A stretch of 64,000 nt of DNA from Spirochaetia bacterium (GCA_963668315.1 OY764216.1:992001-1056000), one strand, 5' to 3'; shown: positions 29,481-38,938, counted from the first letter of the stretch. Notes: generated by a model from the letters alone, not told the origin. Translations and numbers: made by a program.

Positions 29481-29655
29481 TAATACTTCCAATTCCGATT
29501 TATGTCAACAGGGGCGTATACGCCATTCGAGCGTCCATGCAAGCGAAAACGGAAGGGAGAACATGGGCAGCATGGAGAAACACCACGGGATCGTAAAACA
29601 GTTTACCCCATAGGGCTCCCGGTCGTCGTTGCTTCCCCTCCGGTCCGGAACGTTT

Positions 29656-30285
29656 TCAGAGCTCCATTTTATCAAGTTCCCCGTCCAGCCAGCGCAACTC
29701 GTCGGGGGTACCTCTCTTCTGGCGGTAACCATTCAGGAGGTTCGCTTTCATACGGGCCTCTTCAGTTTCCCCCTGCCTTACCAGAGAGTATATGAGGTTG
29801 AACATAAGCTCTTCATAGACAGGCGGGGTCAAATCCCGGTCGGAGTCAAGAATCTCGCGTGCCTTTATTTCCGCCTCCGCCCAGTTTCCCGACCTGTTAA
29901 GTTCCTGAACTTCCCTTTCCGGAGTGTAGAGAACGTCCTCCTCCAGTTCTGCTCTGAGCTTTTTCAGTTCCCGTTCAAGCCAGACCGGCTCTCCCTCAGG
30001 AGCCTGCTCCGCCCGGAATCGATCCATTTCCCTCATTAGTTCACGGGCATGGGTAAAATTTTCCTGTCGGGCCATGGCGTAAATGACCTGGAAGTAGGTT
30101 TCGCTCAGTTCCTCCTCTTTAAAATTTCTACGATTTTCAAGCATTTCGTATCCCACGTTTTCGGCTTGCCGCCATTTTCCTTTCCTGTTAAGTTCCATGA
30201 GGTAGGAATTGTCCGGAAAAAGGCAGCCGACGGCCAGGGCGGCAAGGGCCGGAATCAGCAGAAATCGAATGGGATTTGTTTTCAT
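29656..30285 (-). CDS. Hypothetical lipoprotein made of two helical (TPR-like) repeats
   Basis: Lipobox LAVGC; ELNRKGKW..AE...IYAMARQ...WLERELKKL repeats as ELNRSGNW.EAE...IYSLVRQ...WLDGELDKM. Confidence 0.75.
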   Translation of the reverse strand: MKTNPIRFLLIPALAALAVGCLFPDNSYLMELNRKGKWRQAENVGYEMLENRRNFKEEELSETYFQVIYAMARQENFTHARELMREMDRFRAEQAPEGEPVWLERELKKLRAELEEDVLYTPEREVQELNRSGNWAEAEIKAREILDSDRDLTPPVYEELMFNLIYSLVRQGETEEARMKANLLNGYRQKRGTPDELRWLDGELDKMEL

Positions 30286-30374
30286 TGTATTCTCCTATAA
30301 AGGTCTGTTTTCTACAGGATAGGCCGTTATGGAAAATTAGCTATGGAACTTTGGGTGAATTCGGCCCGCCGGAA

Positions 30375-31244
30375 CTACTCCTTGGGATGAATTCTTCCGG
30401 AAATCCTCAATAATTCCCACCGGCTTTTTATCTGAAGTTTGCGGAATATGTTATTGATATGCTTTTTCACCGTGGATTCGGAAATAAAGAGCCTTTCCGC
30501 AATAGAGGAATTCGTTTCGCCGGCCAGGATCATATTGATGACCTCCTCTTCCCGTGGGGAGACGGGGAGCCCCATCTTCATCAATGGTACGGGGGCTTTT
30601 TGCTCCCTCAGCCATAAGGTGACTATGGCGCCCGTGCAGATGGTAAAGAGGGGCGTGAAATCGACAAGCAGTAGGGTAAGATATATTCTCGTCTGGGGTA
30701 TCTCTTCCAGTAATTCGAGAATAATTCCCAGCAGGAAGAAGCCGGTGCAGAAAAGGAGCCTGCCTACGAGAATGCCGATGGACGGCATAAGCCGCAGGGA
30801 ACGGCCTGTCAGGTGAAGGTAGAGAACATGTCCGGCAAAATAGAGAAAAAAGGCGATTCGGATGAGGGAGGGGATAAGGGAATAAACGGCGAAGGGCAAA
30901 ATATAGGCCGTCAGAATCAGGCCTGTCCAGAGTGCCGTGAGCAAGGGAGTCATGCTGAATCTGCCGAGGGATTGGAGAAAGAAAAGAAGAAAAAGCAGGC
31001 CGAGCTCTTCCAGGGTATGGCTAACTATCCAGAGGGAAAGGGGATGGTTATTTGCTATAAAGGCCAGATTCTGAAGAAACCCGATAAGATCATGGCAGAG
31101 GAAGGATAGGTAGAATCCCATGAAAAAGGACATGTCCTTCCTATTGTGTGACTCCCTTGTCCTGATAAGAAGCATGAATATCAGAAATCCCAGGATGTAT
31201 AGAAGAAAGTAAAACATGGTCCTCAGGGCCTCAATATCGGTCAT
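30375..31244 (-). CDS. Membrane-bound LuxR-type HTH transcriptional regulator
   Basis: About 7 TM segments then SPREEEVI..ILAGETNSSIAERLFISESTVKKHINNIFRKL. Confidence 0.9.
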   Translation of the reverse strand: MTDIEALRTMFYFLLYILGFLIFMLLIRTRESHNRKDMSFFMGFYLSFLCHDLIGFLQNLAFIANNHPLSLWIVSHTLEELGLLFLLFFLQSLGRFSMTPLLTALWTGLILTAYILPFAVYSLIPSLIRIAFFLYFAGHVLYLHLTGRSLRLMPSIGILVGRLLFCTGFFLLGIILELLEEIPQTRIYLTLLLVDFTPLFTICTGAIVTLWLREQKAPVPLMKMGLPVSPREEEVINMILAGETNSSIAERLFISESTVKKHINNIFRKLQIKSRWELLRISGRIHPKE

Positions 31245-31264
31245 GGGTTTATTTTATCATGGGA

Positions 31265-31759
31265 TCAGGGAATCAGGAAGCCCAATAGGCGGGCGAGCTC
31301 CCTCAGCCTCCTGTCCGGCGTGAGAAAGCCGTCGAAGCCCAGATGTCGGGCCGTGGCCAGATGGAGAAGTTCCCGCAGGTTCCAGCTCCGGGCATAGACC
31401 GCCGTGAGCGTGTATTCTCTGGTCAGGGACATCACCGCTTCCCAGTCGCAATCGATACTCACCAGTTTGCCCCGGATTTTGTCCTTATGAATCTGCAGAC
31501 GGACACCTTCCAGTTCCTCCCGGCTTATCTCGTCCAGGCCGTGCCTTTGGGCCAGCTCGTTCTGAAGATCCGTTTCCTGAAGTGTGGTCATGAGAATCGG
31601 CAGTTTTCTATCCACCGTCAGGTTGATGATGGACATGCTGTCCACCTGGGGCAGGTAGAGTTTTTCCAGGGCGTCCGGATGGTAGTAAAGCTTGCGCGAT
31701 GTCCGAAGGGAATACTCGTCATCCTCCTGCCGCGGATGCCCGGATGCTTTAGAAGTCAT
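31265..31759 (-). CDS. PIN/VapC-like protein with degenerate active-site motifs
   Basis: ALEKLY..., LLHLATA..LG...FLTPDRRL..LA..LG follow the VapC pattern; directly downstream of a Phd-type gene. Confidence 0.65.
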   Translation of the reverse strand: MTSKASGHPRQEDDEYSLRTSRKLYYHPDALEKLYLPQVDSMSIINLTVDRKLPILMTTLQETDLQNELAQRHGLDEISREELEGVRLQIHKDKIRGKLVSIDCDWEAVMSLTREYTLTAVYARSWNLRELLHLATARHLGFDGFLTPDRRLRELARLLGFLIP

Positions 31760-31994
31760 ACCGGGTCTCGCTGATGATGCCGGGATTCTCCTGGGGGCGC
31801 AGGGTTCTGCCCCGGAAGATTGTCATGATCTCCTTCTCGTGGTTCTCCCAGTTCACTTCCGGCGGCGTATCCAGGGGAAGAAGCCGCGCCACGGGGGTTT
31901 TCCGGCGGCAGATGAGGATTTCCTGACCGGATGTAACTTTTTGGATTACCGCGGCAAGATTGTGTTGAATTTCGCGAATACTGATTCTCTGCAT
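31749..31994 (-). CDS. Phd/YefM-family antitoxin
   Basis: ISIREIQHNLAAVIQKV..GQEILI.RRKTPVARLLP. Confidence 0.85.
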   Translation of the reverse strand: MQRISIREIQHNLAAVIQKVTSGQEILICRRKTPVARLLPLDTPPEVNWENHEKEIMTIFRGRTLRPQENPGIISETRYDF

Positions 31995-32185
31995 AGATAC
32001 CTATTAAGCCTTTCTTATGCCCTTTTTCGGGTAGAAGAAGGGAGAAATAATGTCTAACAAAACGTATGACAAAATTCGGCGATTGTCAAGAAAATCGGCG
32101 AATTAGCCCTCTCGAAAGGATTTGCTAACATATCTCTAACAGATTTTCCTTGATGAATCGGAAAAACTACCCTAATATCCAGTCT

Positions 32186-33067
32186 ATGGATCATTTGGAT
32201 GAATTAGAAAGTCTGAGCATACATCTGCTCAGAGAGGCATACGCCAACTTCAACAATCTATGCATGCTTTGGTCGATTGGAAAGGACTCCACCGTGCTTC
32301 TGTGGCTGGCCAGGAAAGCTTTCTACGGCCACGTTCCTTTTCCTCTGGTGCATATCGATACGTCATACAAAATCCCCGAGATGATTGAATACCGGGACCG
32401 TCTGGCGGCGGAATGGAAGCTCCCCATGGTTTACGGGGAGAATAAGGATGTCCTTGAGAGGGGAGACACTTTTCCCAACGGCAAGGTAGACCGTCTGACC
32501 TGCTGCGCCACCCTCAAGGCGGAAGCTCTGAAAAATACCCTGTCCGGCGACTGGACGCGCTACCGCTTCAACCACCGCAAGGGAAGCTACGAAGTGGACA
32601 GCGATACGGAGATGTACACCGGCGTCATTGTGGGTGTGCGGGCCGACGAAGAGGGCTCCCGTTCCAAGGAGCGCTATTTCTCTCCCCGTGATAAGGAGAA
32701 CAGCTGGGACGTGGGTGATCAGCCCCCGGAATTCTGGAATCAGTATAAAACCGACTTCGCTCCCGGCACCCATGTGCGCATCCATCCTCTTCTGGACTGG
32801 ACGGAGCTGAATATCTGGGAATATATCGAAAGGGAAAATATCCCCACCGTTTCCCTCTATTACAATCAGGGCGACGGGATAAGATACCGCTCCCTGGGCT
32901 GTATGCCCTGTACCAATCCGGTTGAGTCCGATGCCCGCAACGTCCGGGAGATCATCGATGAGCTGAAGACGGGTAAATTCGCCAATATCGCCGAGAGATC
33001 CGGACGGGCTCAGGATCAGGAAGACGGCGGCGGACTGGAAACTTTGAGACGGGACGGGTACATGTAA
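32186..33067 (+). CDS. cysD: Sulfate adenylyltransferase subunit 2
   Basis: [40 protein letters not shown], ends RRDGYM. Confidence 0.95.
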   Translation: MDHLDELESLSIHLLREAYANFNNLCMLWSIGKDSTVLLWLARKAFYGHVPFPLVHIDTSYKIPEMIEYRDRLAAEWKLPMVYGENKDVLERGDTFPNGKVDRLTCCATLKAEALKNTLSGDWTRYRFNHRKGSYEVDSDTEMYTGVIVGVRADEEGSRSKERYFSPRDKENSWDVGDQPPEFWNQYKTDFAPGTHVRIHPLLDWTELNIWEYIERENIPTVSLYYNQGDGIRYRSLGCMPCTNPVESDARNVREIIDELKTGKFANIAERSGRAQDQEDGGGLETLRRDGYM

Positions 33068-34884
33068 TGAGCAGCGCCATGAAAGAACAGATGAATATTG
33101 TAATTACCGGTCACGTGGATCACGGGAAAAGTACGGTAATCGGACGCATGCTGGCCGACACGGACAGCCTGCCCGAGGGCAAGCTGGAATCGGTCAAGAG
33201 AAACTGCGAACGCAACTCAAAACCCTTCGAATACGCCTTTCTCCTGGATGCTCTCAAAGACGAGCAGGCCCAGGGTATCACCATTGACGCCGCCCGGGTT
33301 TTCTTTAATACGGAAAAGCGGGACTACATTATCCTCGATGCTCCGGGACATATCGAGTTCCTGAAGAACATGGTTACCGGAGCGGCCAGGGCCGAAGCGG
33401 CCTTTCTGGTCATAGATGCGGACGAGGGAATTCAGGAGAACTCCCGCCGCCACGGTTACCTTCTGTCCATGCTGGGGATCCGGCAGCTGTGCGTTATCGT
33501 AAATAAAATGGACCTGGCCGACTACTCCCAGCGGGTTTACAAGCAGATTGAGCGGAAGTACACCCGCTTTCTGAAGAACCTGGATATGACCGATGTCTCT
33601 TTTATTCCCGTCAGCGGCAGGGAAGGGGATAATATCGCCTCCCTGAGCGAGAATATGCCCTGGTGGACAGGAGATACGGTTCTCTCCCTTCTGGATAAGT
33701 TCAAGAAAGAGGAAAAGCCTACCAGGCTGCCTTTCCGTATGTCCGTTCAGGACGTGTATAAGTTCACCAACGAGGGAGACAACCGTCGCATCATTGCGGG
33801 AACCATCGATTCCGGTGTACTGAACAGGGGGGACGAGCTTATTTTCTACCCTTCGGGAAAGAAAAGCCGGGTGGATTCCATCGAAGTTTTCAACGGAGAT
33901 CCCCTGGAGTCGGCCGAACCCGGCATGGCCACGGGTTTTACCATGACCGAACAGATTTACGCCAAGCGGGGTAACCTTGTCGCCAAGGTGGGGGAAAAAC
34001 AGCCCCAGGTGGGCAATGTTTTTCGTGTCAGCCTTTTCTGGCTGGGGAAAAAGCCCCTGGAAAAGGGTAAGGAGTACATCCTCAAGGTGGGAACGGACCG
34101 GGTCAAAATGCAGCTTTTCGATACGATTCGGGTCATAGATGCTTCCAATTTGAATACGGACAGCATGAAGAAGATCGTCGGGCGCCATGATGTGGCCGAA
34201 TGTGTGTTCACCACCAACCGGGCCATCGCCTTTGATCTGGTGGAGGACCTGCCCAGCGCCAGCCGTTTTGTCATCGTTGACGATTATGAAATAGCCGGCG
34301 GCGGAATCATCCGCGAGGTGGTGAAGGACAGTATGGCCGGACACCGGCAGGATTCCATTCACCGCAATTTCAGCTGGGAAACGGGCAATATTTCCGTATC
34401 GGAAAGGGCCCGTGCCCTGGGACACAAATCCCAGCTTCTTCTGGTGACCGGCGAAGCCTCCGTGGGCAAGAGCGAACTGTCCAAAGCGCTGGAACGGCGT
34501 CTTTTTGACAGGGGCTGCCACGCCTTTTACCTGGGGATCGCCAGTTTCTTCGGAGAAGGGGACGATTCCGAATACGGGGACAGCCGACGGGGACGCCGCC
34601 TGGCCGCCCATGAGCGGGAAGAGATGATCCACCGCCTGGCTCTTATGGCGAAGATGTCCATGGAGGGAGGGGGAATTCTTATCGTTTCCTGTCCCGAGCT
34701 GACCGCCGAGGAGAGGGAGGTCGTAAGCATAGCCCTTGATCCCCACGGAATGAAGACTATCTGGCTCGGAAAGGAGATATCCACCGATCTGAAGCCGGAT
34801 TACCAGATTGCCAATCCTGCGGAAGCTGTTACGGAAGCGGAGAAGGTGGAGAAACTTTTACTTGATGAGGACATCATCCTCTGA
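33067..34884 (+). CDS. cysN: Sulfate adenylyltransferase subunit 1 fused to a divergent APS-kinase-like domain
   Basis: [25 protein letters not shown]-terminal P-loop [21 protein letters not shown] overlap with cysD. Confidence 0.92.
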   Translation: MSSAMKEQMNIVITGHVDHGKSTVIGRMLADTDSLPEGKLESVKRNCERNSKPFEYAFLLDALKDEQAQGITIDAARVFFNTEKRDYIILDAPGHIEFLKNMVTGAARAEAAFLVIDADEGIQENSRRHGYLLSMLGIRQLCVIVNKMDLADYSQRVYKQIERKYTRFLKNLDMTDVSFIPVSGREGDNIASLSENMPWWTGDTVLSLLDKFKKEEKPTRLPFRMSVQDVYKFTNEGDNRRIIAGTIDSGVLNRGDELIFYPSGKKSRVDSIEVFNGDPLESAEPGMATGFTMTEQIYAKRGNLVAKVGEKQPQVGNVFRVSLFWLGKKPLEKGKEYILKVGTDRVKMQLFDTIRVIDASNLNTDSMKKIVGRHDVAECVFTTNRAIAFDLVEDLPSASRFVIVDDYEIAGGGIIREVVKDSMAGHRQDSIHRNFSWETGNISVSERARALGHKSQLLLVTGEASVGKSELSKALERRLFDRGCHAFYLGIASFFGEGDDSEYGDSRRGRRLAAHEREEMIHRLALMAKMSMEGGGILIVSCPELTAEEREVVSIALDPHGMKTIWLGKEISTDLKPDYQIANPAEAVTEAEKVEKLLLDEDIIL

Positions 34885-34910
34885 TTCTACTTAATAAACA
34901 AGGAGCGCCT

Positions 34911-36191
34911 ATGGCCTTTGAAAAAACGAAATATACCGTTAAATGCCTTTCCTGCGGGAAAGAGATCAGCGATGCCGATTATCCTCTGGGATGCCCTTCC
35001 TGCGAGAAGCCGGGTTTTATCCGGGCGGAATATGATAAAAGGCAGATTGATTTCGGCGCGAGCGAAATGGGGCTTTACCGTTTCGCCGACTGGCTCCCGG
35101 TTAAACGGGCTCTGGCCGGTTCGGGTGCGCCGATAACCTATAAGAGCAAGGCCTTCGCCGAAGAACTGGGCCTTACGAACCTGTGGGTTACTTTTAACGG
35201 ATGGTGGCCCGAGAAGGGCGCCCATATGAAGACGGGCGCTTTCAAGGAGTGCGAAGCCTATTCGGTCTGCGGCCGTATGGGCGAGGATTTCAAGGATACC
35301 CTGGTCGTGGCTTCCGCCGGTAATACGGCCCGCGCCTTTGCCCGGGTCTGTTCGGAGAACAACATTCCCCTCATCCTCTGCGTTCCCGAGGATAATATTG
35401 ATGCCCTCTGGTTCGATAAGAAACTGAATGATTGCGTTAAAATGTACTGCACCGAATCGGGAAGCGACTATTTCGATGCCATCGCCCTTTCCAATAAGGT
35501 GTGCGCCCTGGAGGGATTTGTTCCCGAGGGGGGAGCCAAGAATATCGCCCGGCGGGACGGTATGGGCACCACCGTTCTGAGCGCTGCCGAAGCGATGGGA
35601 GCGATTCCGGAGTACTATTTCCAGGCCGTGGGAAGCGGCACCGGGGCCATCGCCGCCTGGGAGGCCATGCAGAGACTTCAGGCGGACGGACGATTCGGCT
35701 CCAATAAGATGAAGCTGATGGTTTCCCAGAATGTTCCCTTTCAGCCGATCTACGATTCCTGGAAACAGGGCGGCCGGGCTATGGTGGAACTGGACAGCGA
35801 TCTGGCCCGCGAGCAGGCCGAGGCCGTCATCGGGAAGGTCCTGACCAACAGAAAACCCCCTTACAGCCTGGCGGGCGGTCTGTACGACGCCCTCGTCGAT
35901 ACGGACGGGGACGTGCTGGTCGTTACCAATGAAGAGGCGTCCCAGGCGGGCGAGCTTTTCAAGGAGCTGGAAGGGAACGACCTTTCCCCTGCCGCATCCG
36001 TTGCGGCGGCTTCTCTGATTCAGGCTGCCGAGGCGGGACTGGTTCCCAAGGACGGCCGGATTATGTTAAATATTACGGGCGGTGGAATGGAAAGATTCAT
36101 GTCTGAGCATGACATGCATTTCCTGCAGCCGGTCCATGTTTTTTCCAAGGAGCCCTCTGAGGAAGAGGTCGCCCGGGAACTTTTGAAATAA
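34911..36191 (+). CDS. Cysteate synthase (threonine-synthase-like PLP enzyme; CapA-like)
   Basis: N-terminal CLSC/CPSC; FNGWWPEKGA.MKTGAFKECEA; VASAGNTARAF; EGGAKNIARRDGMGT; YFQAVGSGTGAIAAWEA; LNITGGG. Confidence 0.88.
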   Translation: MAFEKTKYTVKCLSCGKEISDADYPLGCPSCEKPGFIRAEYDKRQIDFGASEMGLYRFADWLPVKRALAGSGAPITYKSKAFAEELGLTNLWVTFNGWWPEKGAHMKTGAFKECEAYSVCGRMGEDFKDTLVVASAGNTARAFARVCSENNIPLILCVPEDNIDALWFDKKLNDCVKMYCTESGSDYFDAIALSNKVCALEGFVPEGGAKNIARRDGMGTTVLSAAEAMGAIPEYYFQAVGSGTGAIAAWEAMQRLQADGRFGSNKMKLMVSQNVPFQPIYDSWKQGGRAMVELDSDLAREQAEAVIGKVLTNRKPPYSLAGGLYDALVDTDGDVLVVTNEEASQAGELFKELEGNDLSPAASVAAASLIQAAEAGLVPKDGRIMLNITGGGMERFMSEHDMHFLQPVHVFSKEPSEEEVARELLK

Positions 36192-36199
36192 AGCGTTAA

Positions 36200-36281
36200 G
36201 GGGCAGGGATAGAAGCGGTTATGGCCCCCGGGGCCATTCGAGCGGATAGCCCGGTGCGCGCGGTTCGCGCGTCAGCCCCCC
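36200..36281 (-). repeat. REP-like intergenic palindromic element, copy A
   Basis: Minus strand CCGGGCTATCCGCTCGAA-[hairpin ATGGCCCC/GGGGCCAT]-AACCGCTTCTATCCCT; same conserved blocks at 60990-61078. Confidence 0.7.
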
Positions 36282-36321
36282 AACCTGAAAGAAATTGAAT
36301 ATCAACGATTAGGAGTTGAAA

Positions 36322-37620
36322 ATGGCAGATATTTTTGATAAATGCAAAGGCGACGGGGGCTACTTCGGTGCGTTCCGTCATATGGGTGAGAATGAACTGA
36401 CTCGGCCGATCATGGACCCCATTTCGGGCACGAAGATGATCCACAACGGGGAAGAGCATATCATGTGGTCGGTCAATAACTATATCGGCCTGGCCAACAA
36501 CGAGGAAGTCCGGGCGGCGGCTCTGAAGGCTGTTGAGGAATTTTCCACCAGCAACCCCATGGGCTCGAGAATGATGAGCGGCAACACTCCCTATCACCTG
36601 GCACTGGAGAAGAGATTTGCCGAGTTCGCCCAGAAAGAGGCGGCTTTCCTTTTCAACTTCGGTTACATGGCCGTTCTGGGAATCGTTTCCTCCCTGGCCG
36701 GTATGGGCGATACGGTTGTCGTCGATAAGCTGGCCCACGCCTGTATCCTCGACGCGGCGGGCATGGCCAAGGCGGCCGGCGCCAATCTGCGCTACTTCAA
36801 ACACAACGACGCCAAGGACCTGGACAAGGTTCTGGAGAGCGTTAACAAGACCAATCCCGACGGCGGCGTTCTTGTCCTGACCGAGGGTGTTTACGGAATG
36901 ACAGGAGACCTGGCGGACCTGAAAAGCATCTGCGAGGTGAAGGATAAGTGGGGCGCCCGTCTTTTTATCGATGATGCTCACGGTATCGGCGTTATGGGCG
37001 AGAACGGCCGCGGTGCGGCTGATTTCTTCGGCGTACAGGACAAGATTGATATCTACTTCGGTACTTTTGCCAAGGCCTTCGCTTCCATCGGCGGTTTCTG
37101 CGCCTGTGACAAGGACGTGCGTGACTGGATCATGTTCAACGCCCGCACCCAGGTTTTCGCCAAGTCCCTGCCCATGGTTTATGTAAAAGCCCTGGATAAG
37201 ACTCTGGATCTGGTCATCGAGAGACAGGATCTGAGAGACAAGATGTGGGAAAACTCCAAAAAGCTTCAGGACGGTCTGCGGAACGAAGGTTTCGCCATCG
37301 GACCGGGAGACTCTCCCATCTGTTCCGTTTTCTGCCCCGTGGGCACGGAGAAGGCCGATGACGCCGGCGGTGTCGGCGCCCGGATGGTTCAGTACCTGAG
37401 AGCCAAGAAAATTTTCGTTACCGCCGTCGTTTACCCCGTTATTCCTCCCGGACTGTGCATGTTCCGGATGATCCCCACCGCGGCTCACAACGATGAGGAA
37501 ATCCAGACGACGATCGGGATTTTCAGAGAGATGAAGAACGAGCTGAACCTGACTCTGCCCTGTACCCCCGAGGACCAGGCCAAGATCGATAAGCTCTACC
37601 GGTGTAATCCGGAAGCGTAA
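36322..37620 (+). CDS. PLP-dependent alpha-oxoamine synthase (SPT/BioF family), probable cysteate C-acyltransferase (CapB/SulA-like)
   Basis: WSVNNYIGLAN, GSRMMSG, AHACILD, FKHND, EGVYGM.GD, DDAHG, GTFAK (PLP Lys), FAKSLPM; directly after cysteate synthase. Confidence 0.8.
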   Translation: MADIFDKCKGDGGYFGAFRHMGENELTRPIMDPISGTKMIHNGEEHIMWSVNNYIGLANNEEVRAAALKAVEEFSTSNPMGSRMMSGNTPYHLALEKRFAEFAQKEAAFLFNFGYMAVLGIVSSLAGMGDTVVVDKLAHACILDAAGMAKAAGANLRYFKHNDAKDLDKVLESVNKTNPDGGVLVLTEGVYGMTGDLADLKSICEVKDKWGARLFIDDAHGIGVMGENGRGAADFFGVQDKIDIYFGTFAKAFASIGGFCACDKDVRDWIMFNARTQVFAKSLPMVYVKALDKTLDLVIERQDLRDKMWENSKKLQDGLRNEGFAIGPGDSPICSVFCPVGTEKADDAGGVGARMVQYLRAKKIFVTAVVYPVIPPGLCMFRMIPTAAHNDEEIQTTIGIFREMKNELNLTLPCTPEDQAKIDKLYRCNPEA

Positions 37621-37630
37621 AGGAAAGGGA

Positions 37631-37726
37631 GGGGGAGTTATATTGAAAACAGTATAATTCCTCCAGCTTACAGAGATGTGGCAACGTTAGGGGAATGAGT
37701 TAAATTGAAAACTATATAATTCCCCC
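37631..37726 (+). repeat. Two tandem copies of the TGAAAAC-loop hairpin element
   Basis: GGGGGAGTTATATTGAAAACAGTATAATTCCTCC (37631-37664) and GGGGAATGAGTTAAATTGAAAACTATATAATTCCCCC (37690-37726). Confidence 0.7.
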
Positions 37727-37744
37727 TTATTTTTAGATTTTATG

Positions 37745-37778
37745 ACCGCGGGAACTTACATGTCTTCGCGGTTTTTTT
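37745..37778 (+). terminator. Intrinsic terminator of the cys/cysteate operon
   Basis: ACCGCG-loop-CGCGGT followed by a T-run. Confidence 0.7.
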
Positions 37779-37828
37779 GTTTATAAAGAGTCCTTGGTCT
37801 ATAATTAGAATCAAAGGTAGGGAATAGG

Positions 37829-38740
37829 GTGACTTTGAATTATACCAAAGATTTGCTGTTACAGATTTTCGATGTCATCAGCGAAGGGGTGTACCTGTTA
37901 GATGAGTCTCGGACCATTGTATACTGGAACGGGAAAGCCGAAGAGATAACAGGATATACTTCGGAAGAAGTTCTGGGGCGAAAATGTTCCGACAATATTC
38001 TGAATCACATAGACGATTCCTGTCGGCAGTTATGCGGAGAAAATTGCCCGCTTAAGGAAGTGATGCAATCAGGCAAGAAGGACGCTGTTTCGGTTTTTCT
38101 TCATAATAAGGAAGGGTTCCGCGTTCCCGTTACGATTCATGCCATTCCCGTTAAGGATGAGACGGGAAAGGTGACAGGGGTACTGGAAGTTTTTTCCGAT
38201 ACATCCGAAATACGGCTGACACAGCGCAAGATAGATCTTCTCAATGAACAGCTTTATACGGATGCACTAACCAAGGTGGGGAACAGGCGCTTCTGCGACA
38301 GGGAACTGCGACGCATTTTTGAAGATTATGCCGCCTCCGGTGCTCCTTTCAGCGCCGCCCTCTGCGATATCGACAATTTCAAGAACATTAACGATACCTA
38401 CGGTCATGACTTCGGGGATAAAGTACTGGCCATGGTGGCGAAAACTCTTTTCAATACACTGCGGGACGGAGATGTGGTGAGCCGATGGGGTGGGGAGGAG
38501 TTTCTCCTTATCTTTTCCACGGTGCACGACAGGGACGAGCTCTTTGCCCTGGTGGAGAGAGTACGCATTCTGATCGGCGAATCTTTCCTTATCCATGATC
38601 AGGAAAAAATCAGCGTCACCGCCTCGTTCGGGGCGGCGGTAGTCAAAAAAGAGGATACGGAAGATACCCTTTTCAAGAGAATGGATACTCTGCTTTACCA
38701 AAGTAAAAAAGAGGGGAAAAACAGGGTTTCCGTGGAATAA
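37829..38740 (+). CDS. PAS-domain diguanylate cyclase
   Basis: PAS (IVYWN..AEEITGY..EEVLGR.C...CPL); TDALTKVGNRR; RDGD I-site; GGEEF. Confidence 0.92.
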   Translation: MTLNYTKDLLLQIFDVISEGVYLLDESRTIVYWNGKAEEITGYTSEEVLGRKCSDNILNHIDDSCRQLCGENCPLKEVMQSGKKDAVSVFLHNKEGFRVPVTIHAIPVKDETGKVTGVLEVFSDTSEIRLTQRKIDLLNEQLYTDALTKVGNRRFCDRELRRIFEDYAASGAPFSAALCDIDNFKNINDTYGHDFGDKVLAMVAKTLFNTLRDGDVVSRWGGEEFLLIFSTVHDRDELFALVERVRILIGESFLIHDQEKISVTASFGAAVVKKEDTEDTLFKRMDTLLYQSKKEGKNRVSVE

Positions 38741-38938
38741 GGCGGACAAGGGGGGAATCTTTTTTTATATGGCCTTATTTATTTCAATAAAATGGTTATA
38801 TTGTTATTTTACAGGCAAAAGAACAGTATGTATGTGTTAATTTATACAAATCCTACCGTCTATACTGAGAAAAAAGTAATTGTTATTCCATTAATACTAG
38901 TGTATAGATAGCTAATTTTCTTTTCTTGAGGAGTACTA

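Noticed and set aside
29481..29655. Small ORFs or gene remnant between marR and the lipoprotein gene
   Set aside because: Short, mutually overlapping ORFs with no recognisable domain.
33217..37488. Long antisense ORFs (33217..34746, 36196..37488)
   Set aside because: Reverse-frame shadows of cysN and the oxoamine synthase.
37631..37726. Mini-CRISPR array (ATTGAAAAC core, 62-nt period)
   Set aside because: Only two divergent copies, no cas genes in the window, and a third isolated copy inside another operon; kept as a hairpin repeat instead.
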